Virus record (IMG/VR): IMGVR_UViG_3300046660_000510
Location: 10,927 to 74,926 of that record
DNA from: a virus
DNA: 64,000 nucleotides
Strand: one strand, 5' to 3'
Both the position numbers and the translations under genes were made by a program. This document shows positions 63,702 through 64,000 of this stretch, piece after piece (positions within the stretch are counted from its first letter, which is position 1; each line of letters opens with the position of its first letter). A model generated the notes under the pieces. The model was not told the DNA's origin. It did no database searches and saw only the letters and a program-made list of their open reading frames with translations.

Positions 63702-64000
63702 TCAGAACACCGAGGCTGCGATGTGGATGTCCGGCACGTACAGCACCGGCATCGCGACTGCGGCGCCCTTCGTCCACACCTGGACCGGGTCGTCGGTGTA
63801 GCCGTGGGTGACGACGATGCCGGGCGCCTCTTCCCGCTCGATGGCCGGGTTGCTACCCGAGGACAGGACCAGCGACTCGGCGGTGACGCCGTACTGCGTC
63901 TCGCCCCAGGTCTGCGGGTTCGGCGGCAGCATCAGCCACTTGTTGTCGGGGATCGGGCGGGCCATGGTGCCGTCGTCCTTGGGGATCTGGACGTCGTACA
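63702..64000 (-). CDS. major capsid protein (gpE-like), C-terminal part, runs off window
   Basis: IPDNKWLMLP...GETQYGVTAE...DDPVQVWTKGAAVAMPVL. Confidence 0.8.
   Translation of the reverse strand, partial: YDVQIPKDDGTMARPIPDNKWLMLPPNPQTWGETQYGVTAESLVLSSGSNPAIEREEAPGIVVTHGYTDDPVQVWTKGAAVAMPVLYVPDIHIAASVF

Larger units (their letters stand above)
1..64000. mobile_element. temperate siphophage, probable phage-plasmid of an actinomycete (Streptomyces-like)
   Basis: virion + lysis module with ParABS, Rep, DciA, resolvase; no host housekeeping genes in window. Confidence 0.85.

Noticed and set aside
1-64000. tRNA, rRNA, reverse transcriptase/DGR, IS transposase
   Set aside because: No recognisable motifs seen by eye; tRNAscan and HMM searches would be needed to exclude them fully.

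Overview
High-GC (Streptomyces-like) DNA that reads throughout as one temperate siphophage, probably a phage-plasmid. The right third (~42.5-64 kb, minus strand) is a virion/lysis module: C-terminus of the major capsid protein, MuF-like minor head, head-tail joining proteins, tail tube, frameshifted tail chaperones, tape measure, Dit/minor tail proteins, papain-like protease, CHAP endolysin, holin and collagen-like proteins. The centre carries plasmid-type maintenance genes: ParA/ParB with two palindromic parS candidates, a wHTH Rep with two internal perfect DnaA boxes, a DciA/DUF721 homolog, and a Cre-like tyrosine recombinase with an apparently inactive convergent partner and a lox-like site. 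It also has Sak/Rad52, SSB, RusA, two WhiB proteins, two tandem C5 methyltransferases and a WYL + PP2C operon. The left part is mostly small accessory genes. The most notable candidates for undescribed biology are (1) a TrmB/LuxR-type regulator divergent from a secreted propeptide with repeated DT(G/A)WG cores (possible non-RRNPP phage peptide signalling), and (2) an RHH-led array of tiny ORFs joined by a conserved 38-bp linker that carries stop, RBS and start (cassette-like array). A recurring TATTGCGCGCGCAATA operator-promoter unit and LexA and RecA-NDp/PafBC-type DNA-damage promoters are also visible. All family calls come from motif recognition by eye, not database searches.
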